64,000 nt of DNA from Dendrobates tinctorius (Eukaryota), in assembly GCF_039654945.1 (NCBI RefSeq), contig NW_027361754.1, forward strand, positions 61,938,001-62,002,000, read 5' to 3'. The position numbers and the translations under genes were made by a program. The first letter of the stretch is position 1; each line of letters starts with the position of its first letter. Below the pieces are notes generated by a model. It had not been told where the DNA came from. It saw nothing but the letters and a program-made list of their open reading frames with translations, and did not search any database. Shown piece by piece: positions 25,563-37,744 of this stretch.

Positions 25563-25757
25563 GGCCAGAGTCACACATTCGAGAAACTCGCACGAGTCTC
25601 ACATCTCAATACCCGGCACTACCGCCGGCACTCGGGACCGGTGTGTGCGGCTGCATGTATTTCTATGCAGCTGAGCGCTCCGGTCTAAGTGCCGGCGGCA
25701 GTGTCGGGTATTGAGATGAGAGACTTGTGCGAGTTTCTCGCAAGTGTGACCCCGGCC
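25563..25757. mobile_element. Short palindromic Harbinger-type MITE
   Basis: TAA|GGCCAGAGTCACAC...GTGTGACCCCGGCC|TAA (3-bp TSD); partial copy at ~3380-3453. Confidence 0.75.
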
Positions 25758-27239
25758 TAAGGGTCTAATCTGCAGACACTGGCGTTTAATCAAATTATAT
25801 TTGGGATGCTCGGAGCACCATTGATGTGGCCAAGAAGCTCCGTGCATCATCCTAGCCACAGTTTTACATGTCGCTGCCTCCCTCACTGGTGACTGATGGC
25901 ATGGATTTGCTTCGAGAGAGAACGGTCTGCAGAGTAAGCACAGCTCATTGCTGTCAATCACAAGTGATAGGGAGGAACATGCAAAACCATTGGGCAGATC
26001 TGGGCACTGAGCTTCTTGGCCACACCAAGGGTGCACCGATCACCCTAATTAGCATATCTGATGAAACCATAGTCTCTGCTAAAGGGAGGCAGCGATTTTA
26101 ACAGTAGAAGGTACCATTTTTACAGGCGATAGATCATTTATAAGGATCTGTGCTTCGTTTGAGAGAAGACTCCCTCTAAAATATGCCATATTTGTCAAAC
26201 GCCATGAGCCACGGTGATAAATCTGACACATTTTAAGACTTTCTAAACTTACAATAGACTTTTTAAGAATTAGACGGTATTAATAAATGTGACCCACTGT
26301 GGGGCATCTTGACAGGGGGCCACTTCTATCATGTTTTACTGCAATTGGTCAGATACATGTTAACGCTACCAAGAATTTAGACGGCTTCTAAAAGGTGGTC
26401 ATAAATAAGGCAAAGTCATAAAATGTCAGGGAAAAAAAAAAAAAAAAGGGTTAGGCATGTAGAGTTTCAAACTGCCCGATCTTTTGTTCTGAAGATCGAT
26501 AAGCTGCTGCCAGATGTGTCAACATGTGCAGAATCCCTTATAATCTATAGTTTGGTACTTCTACTGTAGGGTTATTTTAACAGGGCGTGATGAAACGCAA
26601 AGTAGTAATTATCCCAATACGCCAATTAACCCCTACTATTAAAGGAAATTCTCCCCCCAAAAAAAGGGTTGTATCCCTCCCTTCCCCCAAACATGAGGCC
26701 AGTCTTCTACAGAGCCACAGAATAAATGATTTGGCTGTTTTTTGTAGAGATGGTGCCATTTGAACTACACCTTTACATGCCACCAAGTGAACGGACAACT
26801 CATTAACAGATGAGTTGCCCTCCGCTCTGCCCAAGTTCACACAAGCGTAAGAATTGTAAGGTTTCCATTCCCCCCCAAAAAATTGGAAGATTTTTCACCA
26901 GTTTTGTCAGCCATCTAAATTTTATGTTTTAATACGTTAATAAAAAATAAGGCCAAGTACAGCATGCTTTGCTAATAACTGCAACGTGATGTCATATTGC
27001 ATTCTTTTTCTTGCACACACAAATTAAATAAAGGAGACTAGCGCTTGCTACAGTTGTTTTTTCCACAGTCACTATGGAAAAAGGTTCAAGTGAACTAATG
27101 CATTGATTAATATGGGTACGTGTGTTCCTCGTTTTCCATATGATAGCACTCGGACTGAAAACACGTTGGTGTGAACATACCCTAAAGTTGGTGAACCTAC
27201 TACGAAGTCCCTACTAGCTAATAAAGTCTCTCCTACGGG

Positions 27240-27640
27240 TTCCCTCCTATGAGGTCCCCCTTACAAGGTCCCACCTCCCTCCTTCAAGGTCCCCCCTCCC
27301 TCAAGGTCTCCATTACAAGGTCCCACCTCCCCCTTTGAGGTCCCCCTTACGAGGTGCCACCTCCCTCCTTTGAGGTCCCCCTTACGAGGTCCCACCTCCC
27401 TCCTTTGAGGTCCCCCTTACAAGGTCCCACCTCCCTCCTTCAAGGTCCCCCCTCCCTCAAGGTCTCCATTACAAGGTCCCACCTCCCCCTTTGAGGTCCC
27501 CCTTACGAGGTGCCACCTCCCTCCTTTGAGGTCCCCCTTACGAGGTCCCACCTCCCTCCTTTGAGGTCTCCATTACAAGGTCCCACCTCCCTCCTTCTAA
27601 GTTCCCCTTACGAGGTCTATACAACGAGGTCCCCCCTCCC
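27240..27640. repeat. ~30-bp C-rich minisatellite (CCTTTGAGGTCCCCCTTACGAGGTCCCACCTCC-like)
   Basis: Tandem AGGTCCC-based units, with a higher-order duplication of ~27250-27405 at ~27406-27560. Confidence 0.85.
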
Positions 27641-27965
27641 TTTGGCCCAGATTCGTTCTCCCTCCGAGGTCCTTTAGCCCTAATAAGATCCAGCCCCATG
27701 AACAACCGGTCTTCTATAACTAAAGCAAATGAGTGATAAAATAAATGAACCAATACACATGATCATTATTTACTCCAAATGTTTCATTTTAAAATGCATT
27801 GACTGATTAAATATTTTACCAAAAAATATATACTTTACTAGTTTTTATATTTAGATCAACATACAAAATAAAACTTTTGCAGAGTAGAAAAGCTACAACA
27901 GACCCACACAGCTTTAAGGTGAATGCAGGAAAAACTTCAATTTTGCAAAGGAGCAATGTCTTTGG

Positions 27966-30593
27966 TCACGTGTTGCTTGACACATCCAGTAGATGGGCGT
28001 TCATGTATGGCAGTAGCTTCCAGTTATCAGTTCTGATATGGAATAGAGCGGTGCCATCCTGAACTTGGGCACTCATCAATATGTGGAACCTTGGGGGCAG
28101 GACCATACCAATCTTGTATTCACCGTCATGATGGGACACAACATATTTGGAGAAATGAGACAGCACGATATCACTAAGAGATGACGCTGACATCTCATAG
28201 CAGAATGTGCTTTCTTCGTTATCTTTCCCATCATCTGATTTTAGGGTGAGCCAAAGCTTGTCAAAGAGGTGGCATCTGGCATTCAGGTGGCAAGACGTGG
28301 GCAATGGGAATGGGGCAAATAGTTCTGGGAATGAAATAGGTAGTGGATCAAGTTGTGTATGATATGTCAATCCATCCTGTGTGCTAAACGTGGCATTCAC
28401 AACGAAGTAGGTCGGATGAGGGTCGTTTGGGACTAAGTTGACCGTGACCATCGGTGGTTTTCGACCAACATAGAGGCAGGGAACATGGATATTGCCTAAT
28501 GGTTCATAAAAACCACCTGCTACCTCAAAATGAAGAATAATACAGAGCACCTTCTGGTACTTTTCTTCAACATCGCCTTTGAAAGTCAAGTGATAATTCA
28601 AGGCAAGCAAGGAAGTTCGATGATTTGCAAGTTGCTGGTAATGTTCTTCGATTGTGTATTCTGTGGCTTGATTGTCCTCCTTAGATGCTTCTGGATAAGT
28701 TGGTAAAACCTTTGTCTGATTATAAACCGGACATAACTGGAGAATGTTCTTCGCACTATGAACAGTCAATAGGATGGAGAAGTTTTCACTTTCTGACATA
28801 ATCGAAGACAAGGACCTTTCTTTGGTTTGGCCATCAATAGGAGACATGTTGAGGACTTTCCCAAGCTTCTCCTCAGAGACGTTGGTAAGGAGAATAAAAT
28901 AGAAACGCGATCGGTCTTGAATGTCAATGTCTGAAAAATGATGTGTTATGTATTGTAACAGATCCGCCAAAGACATGAACACGTTATCGAGATGTTCATG
29001 TTGGAGGACATGTTTGCACACAGACAACAAAGCATTACCCAGTCCCCATTCTCCCTTAAGACACAGATCAAAGCGAGCCACCACCTTCCTCAGGAACTTT
29101 ACTGTACGAGTCTGTGGAATGGTGTTCTCCTGAGCTACTCTCGAGAGAATCTTAAGATGCCATAGAAGATTCTTCCTAGTCATCCCATCCACAGGAAGGT
29201 TCACTATTTGCTTCTGTAAAGCTTTGGCCAGAGACACTGGCCAAGCCTGAAACTCCAGCAGGATCTGAGTCTGATTAATCAAGTTAATAAAATAAGGGGC
29301 CAAGGTGCTGTTGTTCTTGTAGAGGTCAAGTAGACTTCTGGTTAGATTCTCCATGTGCTGTTCGCAAAAATGAAAGTATCGCACGAATAGGTAAGTGGCA
29401 CGGAAAAAAGTGGCAGTGACCTCCCTACTGGCGTTTTTGTCCACCATGCTATACAGAGACATGAGGTGTTCGATTAAGTATCCTATGCCCCTCTCGGCAT
29501 GGAAACCTTCATTTTCCAGATAAACCATGCTCAGCAAGTTCTGTCGGCAGAGCATTGTGTGGCAATCGTCAAAGATGTTGGGGAACAGGGAGGAGGTCAT
29601 TTGGACGGTGAGAAGAACAGGCAGGTTCTCACCAGGGTTTGAGTTGAGTGGTCTGTTCTCTGGAAAATGCAATAGGCAGTCTAGATAAAATAACTTGACG
29701 GGCGTAGGCAACAATGGGTGCAGCGTCATGCCCACCAGCCTCTGAAGAAGGAAGTGCTCGTCCTCCGCTGTGAACAGACTGTCTGTAAACACTGCTTTCA
29801 TCTGCAGGATACTGTGAAAGCACGCTATATCCTTTGTGCCAAACAACCGTACAAGCTGCGACTTAAAAATGGCAGGGGATATGGTGCGGACCATAGCCAC
29901 AACCTGTATGACTTGCCAGAATAGGGTGTTTTGGCACACAGGTGTAAGGAGATAAGAGTCCTCTAATAAAAGAGCCAGGTTGGATTTTAGTTCTTTGGTC
30001 TCGCTGCTGGACGGGAGCAAGAACAGTTGGTCACCCGATGCAGCTCGTAACTCCTTCATGTCTTTTGTGGCACTCCATAGGAAGCTGCCATTGCTCATCA
30101 GCATCTGTTTTATGGCTCCGGTAGATGGCCCGTCATTCTGCGCCAAGAGCTGAATGGCATTCTTCAAGGCTATGCTGTACAGTACTATGTACGACTGATG
30201 CGCGTTACTAACCTCTTGTTGTTGCAGGGTGTATAACTGCTCTAGTCTCTGAGAAAGCAGCCCAGGGTAGCAATTTTCCAATTCCTGCAGGCATTCGCAG
30301 GCCGTGACCCGCAGAGGCCTGTTGGCTGCCCCCTGCTTCTTGTCATTGACATCCGATATGATGTGCATCAGCAGCGAGGCGAAGTCTTGTGCGGTTTTGC
30401 AATCGAAATTGAAGTTATCAGTGGTGATCAAAACGGTTTCGACTGCTAACAGGAGATGGCATCTCAAGGGTATACTCTTTGAGGACGATGAGACTTGTAA
30501 AATATTTAGCAGGATTTCCGAGGTGACCTCGCCCGATGTCTTCTCTGGGCACAGAATCGTAGGAAATTCTAAGAACAGATTCAGCATTAACAC
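27966..30593 (-). CDS. AP5B1: AP-5 complex subunit beta-1, large terminal coding exon (875 aa)
   Basis: Uninterrupted ORF; TTTCAG|GTG acceptor at 30594/30593; motifs RVTACECLQELENCYPGLL, DIQDRSRFY, LPPRFHILM, IRTDNWKLLP typical of AP5B1. Confidence 0.93.
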   Translation of the reverse strand: MLMLNLFLEFPTILCPEKTSGEVTSEILLNILQVSSSSKSIPLRCHLLLAVETVLITTDNFNFDCKTAQDFASLLMHIISDVNDKKQGAANRPLRVTACECLQELENCYPGLLSQRLEQLYTLQQQEVSNAHQSYIVLYSIALKNAIQLLAQNDGPSTGAIKQMLMSNGSFLWSATKDMKELRAASGDQLFLLPSSSETKELKSNLALLLEDSYLLTPVCQNTLFWQVIQVVAMVRTISPAIFKSQLVRLFGTKDIACFHSILQMKAVFTDSLFTAEDEHFLLQRLVGMTLHPLLPTPVKLFYLDCLLHFPENRPLNSNPGENLPVLLTVQMTSSLFPNIFDDCHTMLCRQNLLSMVYLENEGFHAERGIGYLIEHLMSLYSMVDKNASREVTATFFRATYLFVRYFHFCEQHMENLTRSLLDLYKNNSTLAPYFINLINQTQILLEFQAWPVSLAKALQKQIVNLPVDGMTRKNLLWHLKILSRVAQENTIPQTRTVKFLRKVVARFDLCLKGEWGLGNALLSVCKHVLQHEHLDNVFMSLADLLQYITHHFSDIDIQDRSRFYFILLTNVSEEKLGKVLNMSPIDGQTKERSLSSIMSESENFSILLTVHSAKNILQLCPVYNQTKVLPTYPEASKEDNQATEYTIEEHYQQLANHRTSLLALNYHLTFKGDVEEKYQKVLCIILHFEVAGGFYEPLGNIHVPCLYVGRKPPMVTVNLVPNDPHPTYFVVNATFSTQDGLTYHTQLDPLPISFPELFAPFPLPTSCHLNARCHLFDKLWLTLKSDDGKDNEESTFCYEMSASSLSDIVLSHFSKYVVSHHDGEYKIGMVLPPRFHILMSAQVQDGTALFHIRTDNWKLLPYMNAHLLDVSSNT

Positions 30594-33500
30594 CTGAAAC
30601 ATGAAAATGTATTTATTAGAAACACGACAAGAGATAAAAGGAAGTCAGAACATGTCGGATGAGACATAGGGAAAGGTTTGTGGTCTTAGGTCTTCAAACT
30701 GCATGGCCTACACAACCCTGTGTCTTCCTATGAATGGTGCAATCTTGAAAATACATAAAGGGGTTTTCTATGGTTTATAATGAGTTAGAAATGCAAACAT
30801 AGCCTTAAAATGGTTGATTGGCCTTAGGGTACAAGTCTGCAATCATACTATTTGACTGCAGACTTTTGAATCCTCACAGCGCACAGTGTTCACACTGTCA
30901 AGATTCTCAGGTTCTGATGCCGTGAACCAGCGGTTATGTGACCACAAAGTATATGATTTGCATATTCCCGGGCACATTCTGACTAGACATGTATGAACTC
31001 ACTCAATTCACTTGCATTGATCAAATCCATAAAAGTCTAGTCGGCACGTGATCACATACTTGCAGTCACGTGTCGGCAAATCCAGATGATGCGCACACAG
31101 CGCTGTGAAGATTCACAAGTATGTAGTCAGTGACTGCACTGATGAGCTATCCTAAGGAAGTAGTTCACAACTCCTTAAAATAGTCTTATGAAAAAAAAAA
31201 AAAAAAAAGACAAAAGTATGATGAGTGATACATTTTTTTCTTTATCAATTTTTTTTTGTGCTGTCCTTTTGTCCCCCTCTCCTCTTTCATAAGCCATGAC
31301 ACTTAACAGAAGTATGAGGGACTGTTTTAGTAGTGGCTTTGAATTACAACACTCCCTTCACCAAATAGTGATCTAAAAACAAAAATTTTTTATGTGTGGT
31401 GAAAAGTTTTTAGATTGTGTGTATATGCATTTAAAAAAAAAAATTATATATTTATATTTTTTCTATAGCATTCATTGTGGTGCAAAGATGCTTACTTAGC
31501 GGTAACAGTGTTTTTCGGAGCCCATGACAGCACCATGAGAGAGGGGATTCGCCCTTCAGGGACAGGAAACCTACAGACATAAAAGGCGGCACCTCTCTCC
31601 CGCATCAGTGGTATTAGAGAGCATGAGAGGACCTCCCAAGTTAGTAGCAATACATACATTATTTTGCACACAACATAACTTTCCAAATGTGCTTGTGACA
31701 AGGCCAAAAAAATTGGTCACACACACACACATGAAGGGAAGGAATATAAAGGTGCTGTCATGGGCTCCGAAAAGCACTGTTATTGGTAAGAACTAAGCAT
31801 TTATTCGGTCTCCCATGACAGCACCACAAGAGAATTACAGAAATATAAGGAAATTAGGGAGGGACCACAGCCTGAAGCACCCTTTCTCCCAAATGTGAGA
31901 TCGTAGGAGGCACCCATATAAAGTCTATAATGTTTGAAAAACGTGGAGGGAGAAGACCATGTAGCCGCCTTACATATCTCCTCAATCGACACCTTCAATC
32001 TCTCTGTCCAGGAAGTTGGCACGGCTCGTGTGGAGAGAGCCTTCAGCACTGGAACTGTAACACCACTTGCTGTATAGGCCAAAGAAATTGCTTCCCTGAT
32101 CCACCTAGCTAAAGTGCTCTCTGAGACTCTAAGCCCTTTCCTAGCTCCCTGAAAGAGACAGATAAAGAATTCTCTTTCTTCCAAGGGTCAGTTATTGAAA
32201 TATAACTAAGTAGGAACGTCCTAACATCTCGTGAATGGAGCCTCTGAATGTCACTAACCCTACGGGCTGATGTCAATGCAACCAGAAGGGCCATTTTGAG
32301 AGAGAGAGATTTTTTTTATTGGGGCTATGTCAATGGGTTCAAAGGGAGATTCCGTCCACGCCGTTAGAACTAAATTCAAATCCCAAGGCATTAACCTCTG
32401 TCTAAGGATGGTTCTAGACCTAGCCGATACCCTGATAAACCTAGACACCCAATAATTGCCCGCCAGATCACAATTATACTAGAGCCGACACCTGGACTTT
32501 GAGGGTGTTTGTGTATAGACCTCTCTCTAGGCCCTTTTGTAGGAACTCCAACACTTGGCCTATCTAAGCCTTTCCTCCAACCTCTGCCCCTGATGCAGAT
32601 AGAAACTTGCTCCAGGTTCTGGCATATATTTTTGTCGTGGTTGCTTTCCTACTCTTAAGTAAAGTGTTTACAAGGTTGAGACAACCCTTTCCCTCTTAAC
32701 AGCACCCTCTCAAATTCCACGCCGTCAGGTGTAAATTGGACACTCATGATTGGATGATTTTTCCTTGGGAGAGGAGGTCTGAGAGTTCTGGAAGAACCCA
32801 TGGGTTAGCTATGGACATTCTCTTCAGCCAGGAAAACCACGGCCTCAAGCCAAAAAGGTGCGATTAGGATAACGCGTGCCCTGTCTTCCCGCATCTTCAA
32901 CGCCAATGGAATCAGGGATATCGGCGGAAAGGAATATGCCAGCTTGAAATCCCATGGGATCAAGAACGCATCTACCGCTTGCGGACCTTCTCTAGGGTTT
33001 AGAGAACTGAACAGACGCACCCTGCTGTTCCCTCTGTTGGCAAAGAGATCAATGTCTGGACACCCCCACATCTGCACTATTTGATTGATGACAGTCTGGT
33101 TCAACCCCCCTTCTCCCTGCCTGAGCTTGTTGCAGCTTAGGAAATCTGCCTTGGTTTTCCTTTCCTCTTATGTGCAGGTAGGTTAACGACAGATGAGTTT
33201 TGGGTATCTGAAAAATACGCTTTGCCATCTCCATCAAAGACTTGGACCGGTTTCCCCCCTGGGTGGTTGATGTAGGCCAGTTACCTGATTGACGGAATGC
33301 ACTCTGACATGTTGACCCTGTAAGGACATAAGGAGCAGTCTTATTGCCAGCTCCTCTGCCAACAACTCTTTCAGGTCAGATGAATCAGCCTGCTCACTGC
33401 TTGTCCACTTCCCTTGGAACCACACCTCCCCCAAATGAGGCACCCCAACCCGTGGGGCTGGCATCTGAAGTGACAATCCGGGAGATATGGTTTACTCAGG

Positions 33501-34147
33501 GAACCCCTCTGGACAAGTTTGACAAATCTAACCACCAAAGTAGGGACTGTATCGTAGAGGGGGACAAAGCGCTGACGGTCGCTATAAAATACATCCCACT
33601 GTAAGGCCCTTGTATGGAACTGGGCCCAGCAAACAGCCGGAATATAGGAAGTGAGTCTAGAAAGGACATCGCCCCCCCTAAGGAACATAGATGGATTGTT
33701 CACCACCTTCAGAACTTGATGCCGAATACCATCTACTTTGGACCCCAGTAACCGACACTCCTGATTCTCAGAGTCCAGCACTAGACCCAGGAATTCCGGC
33801 ACCTTTACGGGCTGTAAATGTGACTTTTTGATATTCACAAGCCACCCCAACCCTTCTAGCGTGGACATTACCTCTTTCAATTTAGTAGTGCAGTGCCGGA
33901 CCGAACTGCCTACAATTAAAAAGTCATCTAGATAGGAGACCACCACAACATCCTACTCATGGAGATGTACCAAGACCTCTGCGATCACCTTGGTAAAGAC
34001 CGGTGGATCAATGGTCAGGCCAAACGGGAGGGCTCTGAACTGCAAATGTTCTACCGCACCACCCAGTGATACCACCACCCTAAGGAACTGCATGTATATG
34101 TATGTGGTAGTATGCATCCTTAAGATACAACACTACCTTAAAGCACC

Positions 34148-35101
34148 TGTCAAGCCGCTTGTCACACCGCTCTCACCTGGGGGCGGGACCCCGGGTCCGT
34201 CACCACTTCCAGTGCCGCGACCGCTCCGGGTGTCCTCTCGTGCGCACGCCCTATACTAGATCCTTTGGCTGGGCGCTTATGCCCAGCACGCCAGTCTCTG
34301 TTCTGCCTGCAGCCCTTCTCTTTATGGTCCTGGAGGATCTGACCCGGAAGTCCAAGTGGTCATGTGCTATATCAAGCTACCTCTTCATATGGGAGGTGCC
34401 TGATTATTGTTGTGCTTCCTGGCTCTGCTTTGTCCTTGCCTGGCTGTGCTCTGTATTCAGGTCCTCTGCCTTGTGCTCTGTTGTGCCTCCTGGCACATGC
34501 TCTGTTCCTATATTCTGCCTTGTGCTCTATCGTGCCACATGGCACATGCTCCGTTCCTGTACTCAGCCTACTGCTCTGTTCCTGCACTGTGTTCATTCGT
34601 GCCTCCCGACACACGCTCTGCTCTACGCTCTGTTGTGCCTCCTGGCACACCTTCTGCCTAGCCTTGCTCTCTGGCGTGCCTCTCTGCACACGCTCTGTTT
34701 GACTCTGTACTCTGGCGTACTCCTTCGCACGCGCCCTGCTTTGCTCGCACCCGGGCGTGCTCGTCTGTGCACGCCATACGTGCTCATGTACCCGCCTTGC
34801 ATTATCCTGTATCTAGCGCACTCCCGTATACACGCCTTGTATTGTACTGTACCCTCTGTGCCTCCGTACACTAGCCCTGTACCGTCCTGTACCCTGCGTG
34901 TCCGTGTCCACGCTTTGCATGTTCCTGCAGACACACTCACTCGTGTCTGTGAGCCGGCCACCTGGTGCCAACAGTCGTGGTACCTTACCCCCTTGGGCTT
35001 GCCCCTGACACTCCCTGTGTAGGGGGTGGTCCTCACTAGGTCAGCTCGCCCTGGGAGGGTGGGTGCCATGACCTAGAGGGTCCACTTAAGGAGTCGTCAC
35101 A
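34148..35101. mobile_element. Solo LTR inserted in the DIRS-A RT
   Basis: TG...CA termini, flanked by GCACC/GCACT (5-bp TSD, 1 mismatch); RT frame LLFK*C / CFKVVLYLKDAYYH resumes across it; internal low-complexity repeats explain the spurious ORFs. Confidence 0.7.
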
Positions 35102-35369
35102 GCACTATTTGAAGAGCAACTTTATTGCCGACCTCACAGACTCCATCTTAAAGGGATGTACCACGAAAAACTTGTTCAGACCCTTCAGATTAATAATGGT
35201 CTGAAAGTAACCATCCTTCCATCCTTTTTTTAATCAGGAAGAGGGGGGAGTAGATCCCCCTACCTCTTTCTGACACAGGAATCTCTACTAAGACCGCCTT
35301 GGACTTCTGACTCCAGAGCCTGCAGTTCCGCTGGTGAGGAATGAGAGGGAGTTATCATAAATTTGTGCT

Positions 35370-35685
35370 GAGGTATTACCCAGAATCCTGACGCCTGCGC
35401 ACTGCAGGACTCTGCTCTGCCCTCAACAGGGCAGAGCAGTGCGCCTGCGCCGGAGCCATTACAGGACGGGAGAAGAGGACGTCATCGCATGAAGAAGGGT
35501 GGCGCCGGACCGGACTGCAACACCCATCGGACCGGACCGCCCACCTCGGTGAGTATAATATAACGTGTTTTTCTTCTCTTTCAGGTTACATTGGAGGCTT
35601 ATCTACAGCATTACAGAATGCTGTAGATAAGCCCCGATGTCTATGCCGGCAGGTGAAAGGCCAAAAAAAGGGTGACAGATTCCCT
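35370..35685. mobile_element. Right half of a T2/Kolobok MITE inserted at a TTAA in the hAT
   Basis: GGCTTATCTACAGCATTACAGAATGCTGTAGATAAGCC and GGGTGACAGATTCCCT|TTAA, shared with 44738-45048. Confidence 0.7.
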
Positions 35686-36310
35686 TTAAACTGATGAATG
35701 AGAGTAATGAACAACAGCTAGAAGAACATTTAGGATTCAGTATGTTTGAGATGGAAGGCCACAGTGCTGTTCATGTAACTGAGGAACAAAAACAGAAGAA
35801 CAGCAAAATTATACTTTAGAAATAGATGATCTTGTTGAAGGTGCTTCAAAACACTTTCATATTCATCACATGCGCTGTGTTGTGTACATGCTGCAGCTGG
35901 CAATAAGAGATAGTCGGCAAGAGGGACATGCTGGAAATCTGATTGGAAAAAGCCGGATTACTTACCGGTAATGCTCTTTTAATGAGTCCACGACAGCACC
36001 CACTGGAGGTATCGGATCCGCCCCATTTGGAACAGGAAACCCTACAGGAAAGATAAAAGGGGGCGGTCCGCCTCTCCTCCTGAGTTTTGCATTTCAGAGT
36101 ACCAGGAGGACCGCCAAGGATTAGGCAATGTCTTGTACTTATAACTTTACTTATCCAACTTTAGCAGATATACTTTTAATATTGATATTTCTAGCAGGGA
36201 GGGAAGTGAGCGGGTGCTGTCGTGGACTCATTAAAAGAGCATTACCGGTAAGTAATCCGGCTTTTTACCCTTCGCCACGACAGCACCCACTGGAGAGATT
36301 CCAGAGACCA

Positions 36311-37744
36311 TCACCTGGGTGGGACCACCGTGCCAAGGACAGTCCTGCCAAAGCTTAGGTCAGAAGTAGACGAAAGGTCAAGTCTATAGTGTCTATAGAA
36401 GGTAGAAGGGGATGACCAAATTGCCGCCTTTCATATGGTTTCAATTGGAACGTCTCCCCTCTCCGCCCAGGAGGCCGCCATTGCTCTGGTGGAATGTGCT
36501 CTGATGTCTTCCGGAGGTTCTTCATTTTTTGCAGAGTAGGCTAAACGAATGGCATCCCTGATCCATCGGGAAATGGTGCTCTTTGTGACTCCATACCCTT
36601 TTTTATGGCCCTGAAAAGAAATGAAGAGAGCCCTACACTGCCTCCAGCTCTCGGACCTTTCAATATACTTTAGGACAGTTCTTCTGACGTCCAAAGTGTG
36701 GAATTTCTGCTCTTCTGGAGTGGAGGGATCTTCAAAGAAGGTTGGGAGGTGTATCTCCTGAGACCTATGGTACTTTGTTGATACCTTAGGCAGGTATGAG
36801 GGGTCTGGCTTTAATATTAATCTATCCCAATATACCTGCAAAAAGGGTGGATCTATGGACAGGGCCTGGATATCACCCACTCTCCTAGCGGATGTCAGTG
36901 CTACCAAGAGGGCCGTCTTAAATGATAAATATTTAAGGGATATCGTATCTATCGGTTCAAAAGGTTCTTCTGTCAGGGCGTCTAACACCATGTTTAAGTC
37001 CCATGTAGGGATTGTGGGTATGTGAACCGGAGTTATTCTTTCACATGCTGTAATGAATCGTGATATCCACTTATTCCCTGCTATATTATGGCCATACAGC
37101 ACCCCCAATGCAGACACCTGTACTTTCAGTGTGTTTACTGACAAGCCCAATTCCTTCCCTTTTTGTAGGAATTCTAAGATAGGAACTATCGGGACTTCTG
37201 CTGTATGAGATGCTGTATGAAACTGTAGGAATTTTTTCCATATTCTTTTATAAATTTGGGTTGTGGACTGCTTCCTGCTCTGTAGAAGCGTAGTAATTAA
37301 TGATTGCGAAAACCCTCTTGATCTTAATAGGTGCCTTTCAAGTTCCACGCCGTCAAGTGTAAGTTGTTCACTTGAGGGTGGAAGAAAGGGCCTTGGGAGA
37401 GTAGGTTGGAGTTTGAGGGGAGAACCCAAGGATCTGTCACTGACATAATTCGTAGCCACGAGAACCACGGTCTCTTGGGCCAGAAAGGTGCTATCAGGAT
37501 TACTCTCGCCTTTTCCTCTCTGATTTTCCGAATCACTTGTGGCAGGAGAATCAATGGCGGGAAGGCGTATGCCAGTTTGAATCTCCATGAGGCCTGGAGG
37601 GCATCCAGTATGTCTGGGTGATCTGCTGGAGACAGGGAAGCAAAGGTTTTTGTTTGTCTGTTTTCCCTTGTGGCGAAGAGGTCCACTTGAGGATGCCCCC
37701 ATAGAGCTACTATGTCCTGGAAGATCTGGCGATTGAGGCACCAC
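36311..37744 (-). pseudogene. DIRS-B tyrosine recombinase, premature TGA at 36433-36431
   Basis: ALTSARRVGDI, HTLDVRR, RAHSTRAMA; frame continues past the stop as KAAIWSSPSTFYRHY (catalytic Tyr) to TGA at 36313-36311. Confidence 0.85.

Noticed and set aside
30594-30602. ATG at 30602 as AP5B1 start (single-exon 878-aa gene)
   Set aside because: MFQ is intronic acceptor sequence (TTTCAG); the conserved N-terminus is at 47190-47041
34159-35069. 287-aa and overlapping Cys/Leu-rich ORFs
   Set aside because: Fall within a low-complexity solo LTR; open on several frames due to composition
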